From assembly GCF_009834535.1 (NCBI RefSeq), contig NC_045696.1:45200001-45264000 (forward strand): DNA of 64,000 bases, in the 5' to 3' direction. The stretch's first letter is position 1; each line of letters starts with the position of its first letter. The notes beneath the pieces are model-generated. The model had not been told where the DNA came from, did not search any database, and worked only from the letters and a program-made list of their open reading frames with translations. This DNA comes from Camelus ferus. Lineage: Eukaryota. Below are positions 27,051 to 40,450 of this stretch, in pieces. The position numbers and the translations under genes were made by a program.

Positions 27051-28821
27051 ATTATGGAGCTATGTTTGACACTAACATATTTCTCAAAAATTGGGTGCTT
27101 AACTAGATAGCCCCCAAATGCAGAGATTTATCATGATGATTTGCCTAGTAATGCCTCATAATTAATGTGTAGGAAATTGAATGTAGTTTACTACTCTTTT
27201 TTGTATATTACTACATCAATATAAAATGCATTATGATGGATGTTCTGAATTAATATCATTAACATATTCACATTTGATGGAACAGTTTTATTTGTAGCCA
27301 GAGATTAACCATCATATTTGTAATATTTATGCTTTTCAAAACCCAAGTATATTTTGATCACCCAACTGGGAGGTATAATGCCTCTAAAATATTAAAAGTT
27401 TAAAAAAAGAGAGAGAATGCACTAAACTGCTGAATTTAAAAAGAATGATGTGAAAGGAAGAGGGTCACTGAGCTGCTAAGACAGGGACTCTTAAGGCAGT
27501 GATACACCTGGTGTGGTCATCAGGGCATAGGGCATAGGGAGTGGCCCTTAACACTGCCATCCCAGAAACACAAACGCGTAAGTTCACTCCAAACTGAACA
27601 GCTCTTGGAAAGGAACTTTCATTCTCCAAACTCTCCATCTGTGTGATGACATTTGGTTCAGAGATTCTAGGCCAGGAGACTCTTTCTAGAGATGATGAGA
27701 GAGGTTAAGAGCCACATCACCCCTTGCTTCCCTAAGACATATTTTTGACTCCCAAGAATCTCCCTTCCCAACCTTTGAATTATCTTTTAAGGGCCTAAAT
27801 GTTACCAAATACCTCCTGTGAGTCAATGTAATAAAGATCTAGCTTCTAGCAGAAAAGGAAAGAGGAAAATAAGTTTAAATTTTTGCAATGTTAGAAAACC
27901 TCAATGCTTAAAGGAAAGGTTACTGCCTTTCTCTCTGAGGGTACCCAGAAGATTAAAAAAAAACTAACTAGAATATAGTTTAATTCAAAAAAACAATTCA
28001 TTCATGGTCTTACCAGCTATTTGCTAAAAACTAAAGTTGACTCCAATGTTCTCCTTGTTATTTATTAAACATCCCCTCTAGTGTCTTGTGTCCACCAGAT
28101 ACATTAGCCCCCTTCTCTGGACAGTGCTGGATATACACCAGAACATTATTACTGTTCAATTATTTATTTTTGTGTTCTTTAGGAGGTCACCTCCCTACTT
28201 TAACTCACCATCATATTAAGCAGGTAACAACACAGCCTCCTTCTTCCATGGCTAAATTGTAGCCTTGAGAATATATTCTGGTCACCTTAATTAGATTGAG
28301 GCACTCATTTTTTTTTTTTTTAATTAGACACAAGAGATGACTTGCTGGTTTTGCAAAAAGCTTCCTGAGTCTCCTTAATATCCCTTTCAGATACCATTGT
28401 TTAGATGGCTGAACCTATCCATTTTACATTGATTTTATTAGGTTATATTTCAAAGAGTGAGCTTTCTGACCTGACCTTCTCACGCAGTGAAATATATGAT
28501 TACATAGCCTTTCTGGGAATTCTAGTAAGAATCAACAGCAGTCATTAGCAAAAACCTAGAGATCATTAGAAAATTTGTGATATCCGTGAAGTTAATATTT
28601 AGACTAGTTAGACTTACATTCCATCCTTTCTATTTTTCTTGAAGCCTCATCAAAGATTAATGTAATTATTCACCTTGAGATAAACATAACAAATGAAATA
28701 GTAACAGCCAACAGTTAAAAATTTGCATGTTTAAGATTACCAAACATTTTAATATATATTATTTCCTTTAAACCTCACAGCACTGGTGGAGGATCACAAT
28801 TTCTTTTAACCTTTAGACTAG

Positions 28822-28930
28822 AGTGGTGGTTCATAGAATGTGTGCCATTACCAGCAGCATCAACACCATCTGGGAGCTTGACAGAAATGCAAAACTTTGG
28901 TGCTACCCAGATATTCTGAATGAAAAACTA
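28822..28930. mobile_element. MER5A fragment
   Basis: ccagcagcatcaacaccatctgggagcttgacagaaatgcaaa. Confidence 0.75.
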
Positions 28931-29059
28931 TGTTTTGGTTTGTTTAATTTGATATTAAAATACTTTTCCTCATCATGAAGTATTCAGATCTCTTGGGCAC
29001 ATGGGTGGGAGGTTCCCCTCCAAGTTGTCTTCCCATATGTAGAGGACATTGGTTGTGTT

Positions 29060-29230
29060 TTCTACTCAGCATTCATTCATCTATTTGCTTTCAGTGCTAT
29101 GTACAACTGCCCTCTCCCACTGGTTTAGGGGGTGAGCATTTAGCCAGCTTAAGCTAATTAGTCCATCATATTCCCCTAACACAGTGATTGGTACATGGAT
29201 GGGATATGGCCAAATAAAATCCAATGCATA
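29060..29230 (+). mobile_element. LTR16-like ERVL LTR fragment
   Basis: ttcccctaacacagtgattggtacatggatgggatatggccaa...ccaatg. Confidence 0.5.
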
Positions 29231-29249
29231 AAGCATCTTGCTGGGCTGT

Positions 29250-29250
29250 G

Positions 29251-29283
<33 letters not shown>
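29250..29283. repeat. (CT)n(CA)n microsatellite
   Basis: Directly visible. Confidence 0.9.
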
Positions 29284-29720
29284 GGAAAATTTCTCACAGA
29301 TTTACAAGGGGCCATGGATAAAGATGTTTATTGTAGCAGTGTCTGTATTATTCACTGATGTCTCTCATGTGCCTGAAACAGTGCCTGGTGCATTGCAGAG
29401 GCCCATCATATTTGTCAGTAAATACACTGTTTGTAGCATAAGGATTTGAAGGAAGCCTGGAAGTCTATCATTGAGAGAGATAAGGGAAATACGGTAGCTG
29501 CACACTATGGGGAATTCTATAGCAAACAGAATCAATAGATTCGAGGTACAAGAGTAACATAATTGGAACTTAAAAATAGTACTTAGTGAGAAAGTAGGAT
29601 ATATAATCTCCATTTCAGTAAGTTAACACACATTTACACAAAATAGTACACATTTCACAAATACACAATCAAATAAAAAGGGAAAATTGAATGGTTTTCA
29701 CTGGGAAAGCAGAATGGGAT
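29284..29720 (+). mobile_element. Old L1ME 3' fragment interrupted by a short L2 tail (29348-29424)
   Basis: aagatgtttattgtagcagtgt...cacactatggggaattctatagca (L1); ttcactgatgtctctcatgtgcctgaaacagtgcctgg (L2). Confidence 0.65.
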
Positions 29721-30559
29721 TGGTACCTAGTGATAGAAATCCATATATAAATACATAAATACATACTCAAAGCAAGATGCCATGCAAGGGCCAATTGCAA
29801 GTTGATGTGTCATGAACTGAAAAAAGCAACTGACTCAACCCTAGGCACCTGATTTAAAAAGGAAAATTACAGAAATTCTGAGAAACTGATTCCACTTTTT
29901 CTTCTGCATGGAATCTAGGTAAGATATAGCCCCGGGATCTGTATGGAAAAGGCAAAACTGGAACCTGACCGCATCATTACAAGTCTCTGGATCTAGCCTT
30001 GCCTGAAGTGTATTTATGAGCCAGCGATGTTCAATTACCACTCCTCAGCCCAACCTCCATTTTTTTCTTCGGTTGTTGTTTAACATGTTTTGAATCCATG
30101 TTTCCTTTCACTGGTAACTAAGAAAATCCCAATTGATATATCATTGTTTTCTTTGCTTCCCCTAACCAGCTTGTGAGAAAAGTAATATGCTTTTTGCTTC
30201 CTCCATTTCACCACAAACAAACTCTGGCACATGACTGAACCATCTGGTGCCAATCTCCTCACCTCTCTATTGAAACTGCTTTTGTTACCAAGAATTCCCC
30301 AATTGGGACATATATTTGACACTTTCTTAAAACACTCTCCTCCTATTATTTCACTGATTGTTCATCCTCAGAATTCATCGTTGGATCCTTCTTAAATATA
30401 ATGATTTTCAGTCCATGGTGGCTCAAGATAAGTATCTAACCATCTCTATGTCTCGGGCCCTGTGAGTCAGAGCAGATGCACCAGCAAGAGAGAACAGGTA
30501 GTGGTCTGTAAACGATGGGAATGGCATTACTGGCTGGTGCTGGCTGGATATCAGATTGG

Positions 30560-31730
30560 GTAGGAGCTATTTTTATTATCGCTAGTGGAATTAATCTTCA
30601 AGTTACTCTGTTGGTCCTCTGTGACCTACATTTTCTTCCTCATCTATATTATCCAAAGAAATAAATGATTTTAACATCACTTCAAAGATAAGCACTTCTA
30701 AATCTGTATGTTTAGCCCCAATTCCTCCTCAACTCCAAACCTGAATTTCCTACTAACACAATGACTGAGATTGAACACTGTAATTCTTAGCATCCACTGA
30801 AAGTCTCTCCCATGCTGAGTCTCTTCTCTGCTAATGGCACTACCAGGGACCTCGTTTCAAAATCTATAAATACTAATCATCTTTCATTCTTCCTTTTTCT
30901 TCAACCGTCTATACCCCTTCTAACCCAAGCAAGTGCATCAGTAGCTAAGTATTATAGATTCTATTCTGTTTTATTTTTTTAATGAGTATGTCCTTTTGTC
31001 TACTCCTCATGGCTTTTATACTAATTTAAGCTTCACATTTTTTGTCTAGATCATGGTATCAGTCATCTAAAAATCTCTCCCTGCTTCTAATCTCCTGACT
31101 TTCTAATTCATCCTTTGCATTGTTATTGAAATATATTTTTTCCTAAGTCACAGGTTGGATCATGTTATGTGTCTCTTGTAGTTTCAAGCAGTCTTCAGTG
31201 GTTTCCTGCTGTCTACAGAAGTCTGTACACTCTCATGTCATATTCCAAACATTTTCTGAAATAATCCAAAAGGAAACTCATCTTCTGATGCATCCTTTCA
31301 TGAACTCTAAGATTCAATAATAATAAGTTTATTGTCATCCCAGAGGAGATAATGAAATTCTAAGACTATGACTTTTTAAATGTCATTTCTGGAGCCTGGT
31401 TCTTCTTCCCTTTATTTTTAGAAACGTCTTTACTCTTTAAGGTCCAATTCAAGTTTCCTGATTTCTTTATGGCTTCTCTGAACCATCTAGTCACAAGAAT
31501 AACTTTTTCACTTATAATCCTATAGAATACCCCTTTTGCTCCCCTTAGCAGTCATTCAAATTAATCTTGCAATACGGATTTTCCCCCTCTCAAATATCCT
31601 CACTCCTACCCCATAAGAACCAGAGTCTAAGAAACTTTATGATAAAGATTCTGCCTTACATATCTTTAGGTCTCAATTCCAAGAACAGTACTTGGCAAAT
31701 AGATGCCCAATAAATATTTAATTGAATTTA
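30560..31730 (+). mobile_element. L2 remnant(s)
   Basis: aactccaaacctgaatttcc..., ttggatcatgtt..., tail gaacagtacttggcaaatagatgcccaataaatatttaattgaat. Confidence 0.7.
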
Positions 31731-31860
31731 ACATTTATAAGTGCCTGTAAAAGTTTCTGGATCGTGGACTCACTGTGATTATGAGTAAGGCTATAAATCT
31801 ATACTCTCTAAAAGAAATACAGACCTGTACACAGAATTTTGCATATCATTTAATGAGATT

Positions 31861-31995
31861 TGTGGTGAACATTTGGACTGGCACACTCAACATTTGTTCC
31901 CACCCTATTCCAGTGCACAGAGGATGGAAAACTTAAAATTATTTTTTGTCAGTTCTTTGGAGGTTTTCATCTCCAGTTTTGGGATTCCATTTTTC
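31861..31995 (+). mobile_element. LTR33-like ERVL LTR, 5' half
   Basis: gcacagaggatggaaaacttaaaattatttt resembles LTR33 gcagaggctggaaagctaaaaactacattt (recalled). Confidence 0.6.
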
Positions 31996-34900
31996 AAAAT
32001 ACCACACCCACTCAAACTCTTCCGTATTGTTGACCTCACAGGCTAATGGCATCATATAAAGATTTTCACTTTTGACTTTCTTATTCCGTCTAACACCACA
32101 CATTTCATAACTGTTAGTGATTTCAGTATCTATGTAGATACTCTTTTCATGTATTTGGTTTTGCTGTTTCTTGGCCTTCTGTCCTGCAATGATCTCCCTG
32201 GCCTTGCCTCAGACCCCTATTATTAAGGTCATATACTTGATTGTTTCACTACTCACAACTGCACTAACTGTGGTCTTAATTTCAAACACTTCCCTCTGTC
32301 CACTACCTCCTCTATTTATAGCACACTGCTTCTATTATCCCAATTGCAAGAGCGCTATAGGACTGGGACGTAAAGTTCAATGAGCCTATCAATTTACTTT
32401 TCCTATTACATGGTTCCTCTTTCCATGCACAACCTTGCTTATGACTTCAACTGTCTTGATTCTCTATTTCTCTTTCACATTCGCTTCACAAAGTACTCAT
32501 GGTGGTTAAATTCAACTCTCTTTGTACTCTGCCAGCACCTGAGCAGTAAAAATAGGGTGCAGAAAGTCATACAACCATGCTGATTAGTCCTATTTTAACT
32601 TACGACCATTAATCTCAACTGTACTTTTTGTGCTGCCTGGCAATTCTCCATTTCTCTATTCTATTCACTTTACTCCTAACCTAGATGGGATATTATATAC
32701 CTTCTTTTCTCAAACCTCAAATGATACTACCTCTTCCCCCTCCCATCCTTACTCTTAGTTCATTAAGAAAATACAGACAATCAAATAAGACTTTCCAAAC
32801 ACCACTACCATATACTCTTTTTGTCTTCTATTAGTTTGAATGAATTTCACTTACATTCTATGACCATTGACTTCTCAATGATATCCTTTTACTTTTGCCC
32901 TCCTTTATCTCTGGCATTATCAAATTTTTACTCTTTACTGAATCATCACATCAGAATATTAAACTGCTATAATATCTCCTAGTTTAAAAACCCATATGCC
33001 TTTCAGCCCTTTGAAAGAGTTGTCTATATTTGCTGTTCCTATTTCCTTTCCTTCCATTCTCCCTTTAACCTACTCTAATCAAGATTTCATTCTCATAATT
33101 CTCCTAAAACAGTTGCCAAGAGCACCAGTGATTTCAAAAGCTGTATCTAGTGGTCAACTCCCTGTTCCTGTCTGACTTGTCAATAGCATTTGATAAAGCA
33201 TACTGTTTCTTCTTGAAACATGTTCTCTACTTCATGTTCAGAAAATTGTACTCTCTTGGTAACATTCTTCACCTCATTTGCTAGATTCTCCTCCAATAAA
33301 CCTCACAGTATCGTGGAGTTCAATCACTGGATCTTTTCTCTATCTACGTGTACTTTTAAGTAATATTATCTAGTTCATGGCTTTAAATACCTTCTATATG
33401 TTGATAAATTCCATTTAAATCTCGCTTTCTACCTTGAACTCCAAATGCCTATCCAACCACTAACTCAACATCTCTGCTGGATGTCTGTTAAGCTTCTCAA
33501 ATTTAACACATCAAAATGGAACCCTTAATATTTCCTCTATTCCAAACATGTTCTACTCCCTGTCTTCATCATCTCAATTAATGGCAATTTTATCCTTTCA
33601 GTTTATCAGTTTAAAAATGTTGGTGCCATCCTTGATTCATCTGTTTCCCTTACATTTGACAGCAAATCCTATAGGCTTTACCTTCAGAATACATCCAGAA
33701 ACCGACACCTTACTATTTTCATCACCACTATCCAAGTACAGTGCATTATAACTCCTTTAACTGGATTACCCTAGACTTTTGACTTGTCCTTCTATTCCCT
33801 AGGTAAGGAATAGAGGCATTCAAAGATCTGTAGTGCAGTTAGAACTAGCCTACTAATCTCTTCTCCATGGAGCAGCCAGAATGAAATTATTCAAATTCTG
33901 TCAAATCACAGAATACTCCCTCACACCATACACAAACTCAAAATGGCTTAAAAACTTAAACATAACACACTATAAACCTCTTAGAAGAAAACATAGGCAA
34001 ACATTCTTTGACTTAAATCTTAGCAATGTTCTCCTAGCGCAGTCTACCCAGGCAATAGAAATAGAAGGAAAAATAAACAAATGGGACTTAATTAAACTTA
34101 TAAGCTTTTGCACAGCAAAGGAAACCATGAGCAAAACAAAAAGACAACCTAAGGAATAGGAGAAAATACTTGTAAAAAGATGAGACTGACAAGTGCCTAA
34201 TTTCCAGAATATATAAACAGCTCATTCAACTTAATAAGAAAAAACCAAACAACCCAATCCAAAAATGGGCAGAAGACCTAAACAAGCAATTCTCCAATAA
34301 ACAAATGGCCAAAAGGAACATTAAAAAAATGCTCAATATTGCTAATTATCAGAGAAATGCAAATTAAAACTACGATCAAGTGTCGCCTCACAACAGTCAG
34401 AATGGCCATCATTCAAAAGTCAACAAATGATAAATGCTGGAGAAGGTGTGGAGAAAAGGGAAGCCTCCGACACTGTTGGTGGAAAGGTAGTTTGGTGCAG
34501 CTATCCTTACCATATGATCCAGCAATCCCACTCCTGGGCATATATCCAGAGGGAACTCTAATTCAAAAAGATACATGCACCCCAATGTTCATAGCAGCAC
34601 TATTTACAATAGCCAAGATGTGGAAACAACCTAAATGTCCATCAACAGGTAACTGGATAAAGAAGTTGTAGACTATTTATACAACGAAATACTACTCAGC
34701 CATCAAAAAGAATAAAATAATGCTATTTGCAGCAACATGGATTGACCTGGAGATTGTCATTCTAAGTGAAGTGAGCCAGAAAGAGAAAGAAAAATACCAT
34801 ATGGTAATCACTTATATGTGGAATCTAAAAAAAGACAAATGGAACTTATTTACAAAACAGAAATAGACTCTCAATTTACAAAGCAGAAATAGACTCTCAG

Positions 34901-35771
34901 ACATAGAAAACAAATTTATGGTTACCAAGTGGGGAAAGGGATGGGAAGGGATAAATTTGGGAGTTTGAGATTTGCAGATACTAACTACTATATATAAAAT
35001 ATATAAACAAGGTCCTACTGTATAGCACAGAGAACTATATTCAATATCTTGTAGTAACTTATGGTGAAAAAGAATATGAAAAGAAATATATGTATGTTCA
35101 CATGTGACTGAAGCAGTATGCTGTACACCAGAAATTGACACAACATTGTAAACTGACTATACTTCCGTTAAAAAAAATGATGTCACTCCTTTACATAGAG
35201 CCTCCCAATGTCTTCATATTTCATGCAGAAGAGTAGCTAAAGTTCTCAGCATGGTTTAAAAGGCACTACCACATCCAGACAACTCACACTGACTCTAACC
35301 TCATGGTCTTCCTCTCACTCTTTTTTTCACTCCAACCCTCCCTCACTGGACTTCTTTGCCATTTCTTAAACACCCCAGGCTCTTCCTTCAGAGCATTTGA
35401 TCACATTCTTCTCTTTTCCTAGAATTCTCTTCTCCCAGATATCTTTATGGCTTATTCCCACAATTCTTTCAGGTCTCTGTTCAAATGTTACCATAATTAT
35501 CATACATTATTAAAGCTTCCCCTGATTGAGGCATAAAGAATAGTAATCTCTCTCTTTTTAAAAATTTACCCTTTCCTTTTATCCTACTTTAATTTTCTCA
35601 AAATCACATGTTACCATATGGCATAGTATACAAAGAAATTTCTATTTGTTTATTTCCTATCTCTATAAGAAAGACATCTACTTGTATTGTTCACTGCTGC
35701 ATCCTTAGCATCTTGGGCAGTAACTAAATATATGGTAGGTGTTTTAGGAATAAGTGAATGAATAAATGAAT
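31996..35771 (+). mobile_element. Long L2 (endonuclease region to 3' tail), split by a younger L1
   Basis: Endonuclease-like tgttagtgatttcagtatctatgtagat (~GDFNIHVD) and ggtcatatacttgattg (~GHTLDL); RT/3' motifs; tail aagtgaatgaataaatgaat at ~35752-35771. Confidence 0.85.
33910..35178 (+). mobile_element. Younger 5'-truncated L1 (camelid-like), ORF2 C-terminus + 3'UTR + poly(A)
   Basis: [59 protein letters not shown] in the track; 3'UTR ending gacacaacattgtaaactgactatacttc + A-tail. Confidence 0.95.
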
Positions 35772-36075
35772 GCGATTCAATCTCCAAAAAGTTTAATTAG
35801 GAATTGTGTCATGTTAAGAGAGGGAGGGGATGAAGCATCCTTTTTTTTCTGACCTGGATTATGGCAGAAGTGATGTGGTTTTATACTCAGGAGCAGCAAC
35901 AGCATTGAGTCTTTGATCTTTTGTAGCATGTGCCCTTGTGACAGGATTCTAGAGGGTCAGATTTGTTCCTCAGAACTTCGTCCAAAGCCTGTAATCTACA
36001 ATTTTGCATTCATATAATTCCCTCTATTCAATATCTTCTGCTTGAACTAACTAGAATGAATCCTGTTGACTACCT
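35772..36075 (+). mobile_element. LTR33-like ERVL LTR, 3' half
   Basis: taattccctctattcaatatcttctgcttgaactaactagaatgaatcctgttgac resembles the LTR33 end. Confidence 0.65.
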
Positions 36076-36079
36076 GTAG

Positions 36080-38730
36080 GTGAAATTTGAGTGTTACAAT
36101 AATAGCTTCATGAAGTGGTTACAGGTATTCAGTGTTCAAAGAAATGCAAATCTTATGTGGCTAGGGTCCAACTATCATTAAAAAAAATTGGGTATGTTCT
36201 CATGAAAACCAGTGGTAAAACAATTATTTAAATTCTCTTATGTTGATCCCAGAATGAAGTCCTATTAAAGACAAACTGGATAGAGTGAGTGACTGGTCAA
36301 TACATCAATAGTGTTTCCAGTATAAAAATACTGTGTGGATGGAATGGCTAATTTTAACTTCACTGTAGAGCTTTGAATGCCTCAAAATATGACTGCTTTA
36401 AGGTAATATCTTTTCTCTTGTATCAGCTGAGTTGAAGTAATAAAAAACAGAAGCCTTCTGATTCCCTAGTGTTTTATAAATGAGCCAAAGATGATCTCTG
36501 TATATTGACCCTGTGTTGTTTCCTTTTTATAGCAGACTGGCTTCTAATAGTTCAAAAGCCCACCACTACCAATCTCAGATTTTTTCAGACCTTCGGTTGT
36601 TTTAATCATAGCCCAAATAAGCATATTTTAGCTACTGAGAGCCTGCCTACTTTCCACACCCATGAAATGCATCCAACGTCTTCTAGTCACAGATAAGTCC
36701 TGTAGGTATAAAAGATGCCTTTCAAAGCCCTCTGACCCAGACTCCTTGTTGGGCTTTTAAGTAACATTACCTAAACAGACAAGACCACTTCTTTGATCTA
36801 TTTTTCCCCTTGAAGTTCCCCTACCCTCCTATTTTGAAATAGTGGTCCCTGGGCCATAACCTCTGGATGATTTCATGCCATGAGGGACTGACTGTCCACC
36901 TGTTGCCCAGATAAAGCTCACTGTGTGCTACCACCATCTCATTGTCATGTTTTGTTTTTGTTTTTGTTTTGATCAGCCAAAATCCCTTAAATTCACTACA
37001 CCAGGAGAGCTAAATTGTACAGTCGGTAGAATTCACAGCTGTACCCTGTCTCGAGTGAAACTTAAGGCAATGGTTGAAAATGAGGAGGCCTTGGATTGTT
37101 GCTCAGTGATGTTTGGTGAACTGGATAACTGTGAGTTTCTTGAACACCCCAAATCTAATTTGCATCCTGTGCCAGCAGAAGCAACCTCTCCTTCTCTGGC
37201 TCTTGTGTCTAGTTCTTTCTTGCATGATGGCCCAGTAAATGTCTTACATGAAATTGTTATCCTGCAAGGGGATGCAAGTTCTTCTCATTTGAATATATCT
37301 ACTTCCATTCTTTGCCTCAAGGTCTGCAAATGGAGCCAGGTTCCAGTATGCCCCAGGGAGCCAATTACAAAGTAAACCAGGAGAAATAAGACTGTCACAT
37401 CAAAATATGCAAGATTGTGTTAAAGTGTAAAAGAAGAATCTGAGGAATGGATTCTGAGATTCTAGACAAGGATGGCAAAGATACCATTTTAAGATAGGCT
37501 TGATATTGTTAATATGGATTTATATAACTAGAGCTTACTTCACTATTTCTTGATTTAGACTTCTAGTTTGAGCAGCTGGGAGTGCTTTTAAATGGTTTCT
37601 CAGTGAGTTGATTAAAAACTGGACTTAATATTGGCCTGTCATTAGTGAAATTGGGATGTCAGAATTTCCTTAGTATAATGTAGAAAAAAAATCCAAAGTC
37701 TTAGGGAAATACGACTGCTGAAATGGATTATTCTTATTAGCCAACTGGTTCAGTCATCCCTTAAGACTGTCTTCTGAGAGGGCCGAGATTATACTTACTC
37801 TTCACCACAGAATTGAGAATTATGTCAGTGTAGATAAACACATTAGCCAAAGTCCTGTAGTGTCCTGTTCTCTGTAGGCCATAGATGAAAACTGGAAATG
37901 GTGACATTGAAACAGGCTCTCTGGTTTCACTGGGGTTATGAAATCCCTGGGTGACAGAGGCTGGGTAGCAGCACTTAATGAGAAGGGACAAGATTATAAT
38001 AGTTACTCTAATAGGCAGCAGAGTCACGTTGGTAATAAAAGTGCTTTGATCTGCATGTATTTCTGGCAATAACTAATTGTACATGGCATTTCTAGAACTG
38101 AAGTAGATGAGCAGCCCATTAACTCCCTACTTGATCTGTTTTACCAGAGGGAAACAAAATTTATCTATGTTAGGAAAGTAAAAGTGGAAAGCTTTGCAAC
38201 TGGAGAGATTATCAGAAATGTAGGTCTATGGTGATTCGTTAACAGGGAAGAATTTCTTTGGCCAGATGGTCAGGGATATGAAGAGAAAGTTATAACATTG
38301 GTGACAAAGAACTTTGGGGAGGAGATATGTGAATGGATCTCTTGAAATGGGACCATAATGGAACATTATTTGTTTTCCACGTAAATGATCGTCAATGGCC
38401 CCCTCTTCTAAGCGCTGTCATTCAGGGAGACCATATGATCCACACTGTAGATGTCAGTGTCTTTCTTCAACCATTCCAGTTTATGCCCATTGGACTCACG
38501 AGTAAAGTGGACATAATGACAGGGTCTCAGCATCTCCTCCCACTGAAGTTTTTATCTGACTTCTTACATCATGGTGTACTGAATATGGCATTAAGGGAGA
38601 ACAAGGGTGAGGCCCTGATATAGCAGCACACTGAAGGGAAACAACCAGCTACCTGGGAGCAGGTGAACTTGTTTCATTATATAGGGGGTAGACATTTCTC
38701 ATCCTGGAATTGATTCACATTCTGCTAATG
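36080..38730 (+). mobile_element. ERVL internal region remnant (gag; RNase H/integrase-proximal pol)
   Basis: gaatggattctgaga..gacaaggatggc (gag ~EWILR..D.GG) at ~37445; attggtgacaaagaactttggggaggagatatgtgaatggatctc (~IGDKE.WG..MW.DL) and ttccacgtaaatgatc (~SHVNAH) at ~38300-38390. Confidence 0.8.
36499..37000 (+). mobile_element. Probable solo LTR inserted in the ERVL internal region (family unassigned)
   Basis: tg...ca ends, tataaaa at ~36708, ataaagctcactgtgtg poly(A)-signal-like motif at ~36911; ERVL gag-like sequence resumes after it. Confidence 0.5.
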
Positions 38731-38965
38731 GCTAGAACTGCTGAATAGATCTGTTGAAAACTACAAAGCATTCAATAAATTACTATGAGAATAATTCATA
38801 TCATCTCCATAAATCTAATGAGCATTATTTCATGGGTCTATGCCATCACTTTATTTAACATCAAATCAAGGTCTAAGAACTAGAGTAAATACAGGTTAAA
38901 AGTTGCTTAAAGTATTGGAAATTCTTGCTGAGGACTATCCTTTAACTCTTAACAAAGTTGGTATT

Positions 38966-39330
38966 TGTAATAGTCAGAATAGTGTGGGTTATGCTGCCAT
39001 AAAACAACACCCCATATCTCAGTGCCTTAAATTCATAAAGGTTTATTTCTTGCCCATGCCACCTGACAGTTGCACATGGCCAGGTACTCATCTTTGGTAC
39101 TAAGTTACACAGGTGAACAGTCAACATTCTGAATATTACCTATTGTACCAGAGGGAACAGACCACTCTGGAGAGTCTCACTGTAGCCCAGAAGTAATACA
39201 CTTCATTTTTGCTCACTCATCATTTGGCAGACTAGTTACATGGCCCCAGACAATCATAAACAGTCAGGAATCACAATCTGGTAATGAACCCAGAGCAAGG
39301 AGGACTGGAGCAGTGCTACCAGTGTCTATT
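38966..39330 (-). mobile_element. MLT1J/K-type MaLR LTR
   Basis: ggttatgctgccataaaacaacaccccatatctcagtgccttaa...aaaggtttatttcttgccca...actagttacatggcccca. Confidence 0.8.
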
Positions 39331-40249
39331 CAGGAATTCTACCCAACTTTTCTCAAGGCATTAACTGATACTATACTATAACTAAATACTTTCACATTTT
39401 TAAGACTGTCAGGTTCATTTCTCCTTTATTCTTCTAAGGATTTTCTTGGAGCTATGCTGCCTTGCTTGATTTTCCATTTTTTCTCTTTTTCTCCAGTTCC
39501 CCTTTTCCTCTTTGCCTTGAGCAGCCTTTCCAAGAAAAACAAATTCTGTATGAAAGCATAGGCTGACTCAGTGTAGGCAAGGGAAATGTTTCTGTTGGGA
39601 AAAGGTCAAGGGCTTAAAGATGATGATTCTGCAATGTACTTTGTTGGACAATGAAGAGCATTGCCTAAAATTTAATTCTATTCTAGCTATCTCAGAGTGC
39701 TTAAAGAATAATGAGTTAGGAGATGTTGAAACAGTGACTGTGGAGGAAAATGTGGCCCCCATTATCCACTTAGCAAGAGTTCAAACAGAGACGTGGATAT
39801 TAGAACATGGTTTTGTAAATTGTATTACGAAACGCTACCCAGATCACCTCAGCTATTTCAAAGTGCCATGGATCTCTGTGCTTCCATCTGACATCCAGAT
39901 GGACAGGAAGGGCTGTGCAGACTGGGTGGTAAATGAAGATTATTTTGTAGTCTGTTTCTTGGAGGGTGGAGGAGGGGACAGAGACCTAAGGAATAACAAT
40001 CTTGCCATAGGTGCTAGAATTCCTAGATACATTGAAGTAAGCTAGGTTGATGACATTTCACCTGAAGATGAACTTACTGATATTAAAATTTTTATTAATA
40101 ATATTGTTTAAAAAGCCTTCAACTTAACATTACATTTAATTGATGACTTTGCTGCTGCTTATTGAGTATTTATACATGCATAGCACAATGGAATGGTCCA
40201 AGATGTTTCAGCTTGGGGTAGAAGTTCTCCATGAAGTTCATCAAAGCTA

Positions 40250-40450
40250 AGAACTTCGAAAGAAGTCCTGTAATCATGATCACCATATTAGAGAATTGAA
40301 TTTACTGAATAAAATTTAACAAAGATAAAGATGAGATATATGTATTCACTACCAAGAAAAGAACAGTGGGATTAAAAGAGGAATGCAAAACTACACACAT
40401 GGGGCAGGTGTGAAGTGAGCAACATGATTTTCCAAAAGATCTTAAAAGCA
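40250..40450 (+). mobile_element. L3/CR1 fragment
   Basis: aaaatttaacaaagataaa...catggggcaggtgtga...aaaagatctt resembles L3 RT. Confidence 0.45.

Noticed and set aside
39620..40045. 141-aa ORF in apparently unique sequence
   Set aside because: No recognisable domain, promoter context or splice partners; ORFs of this length arise by chance in 64 kb. BLASTP/PhyloCSF would settle it.
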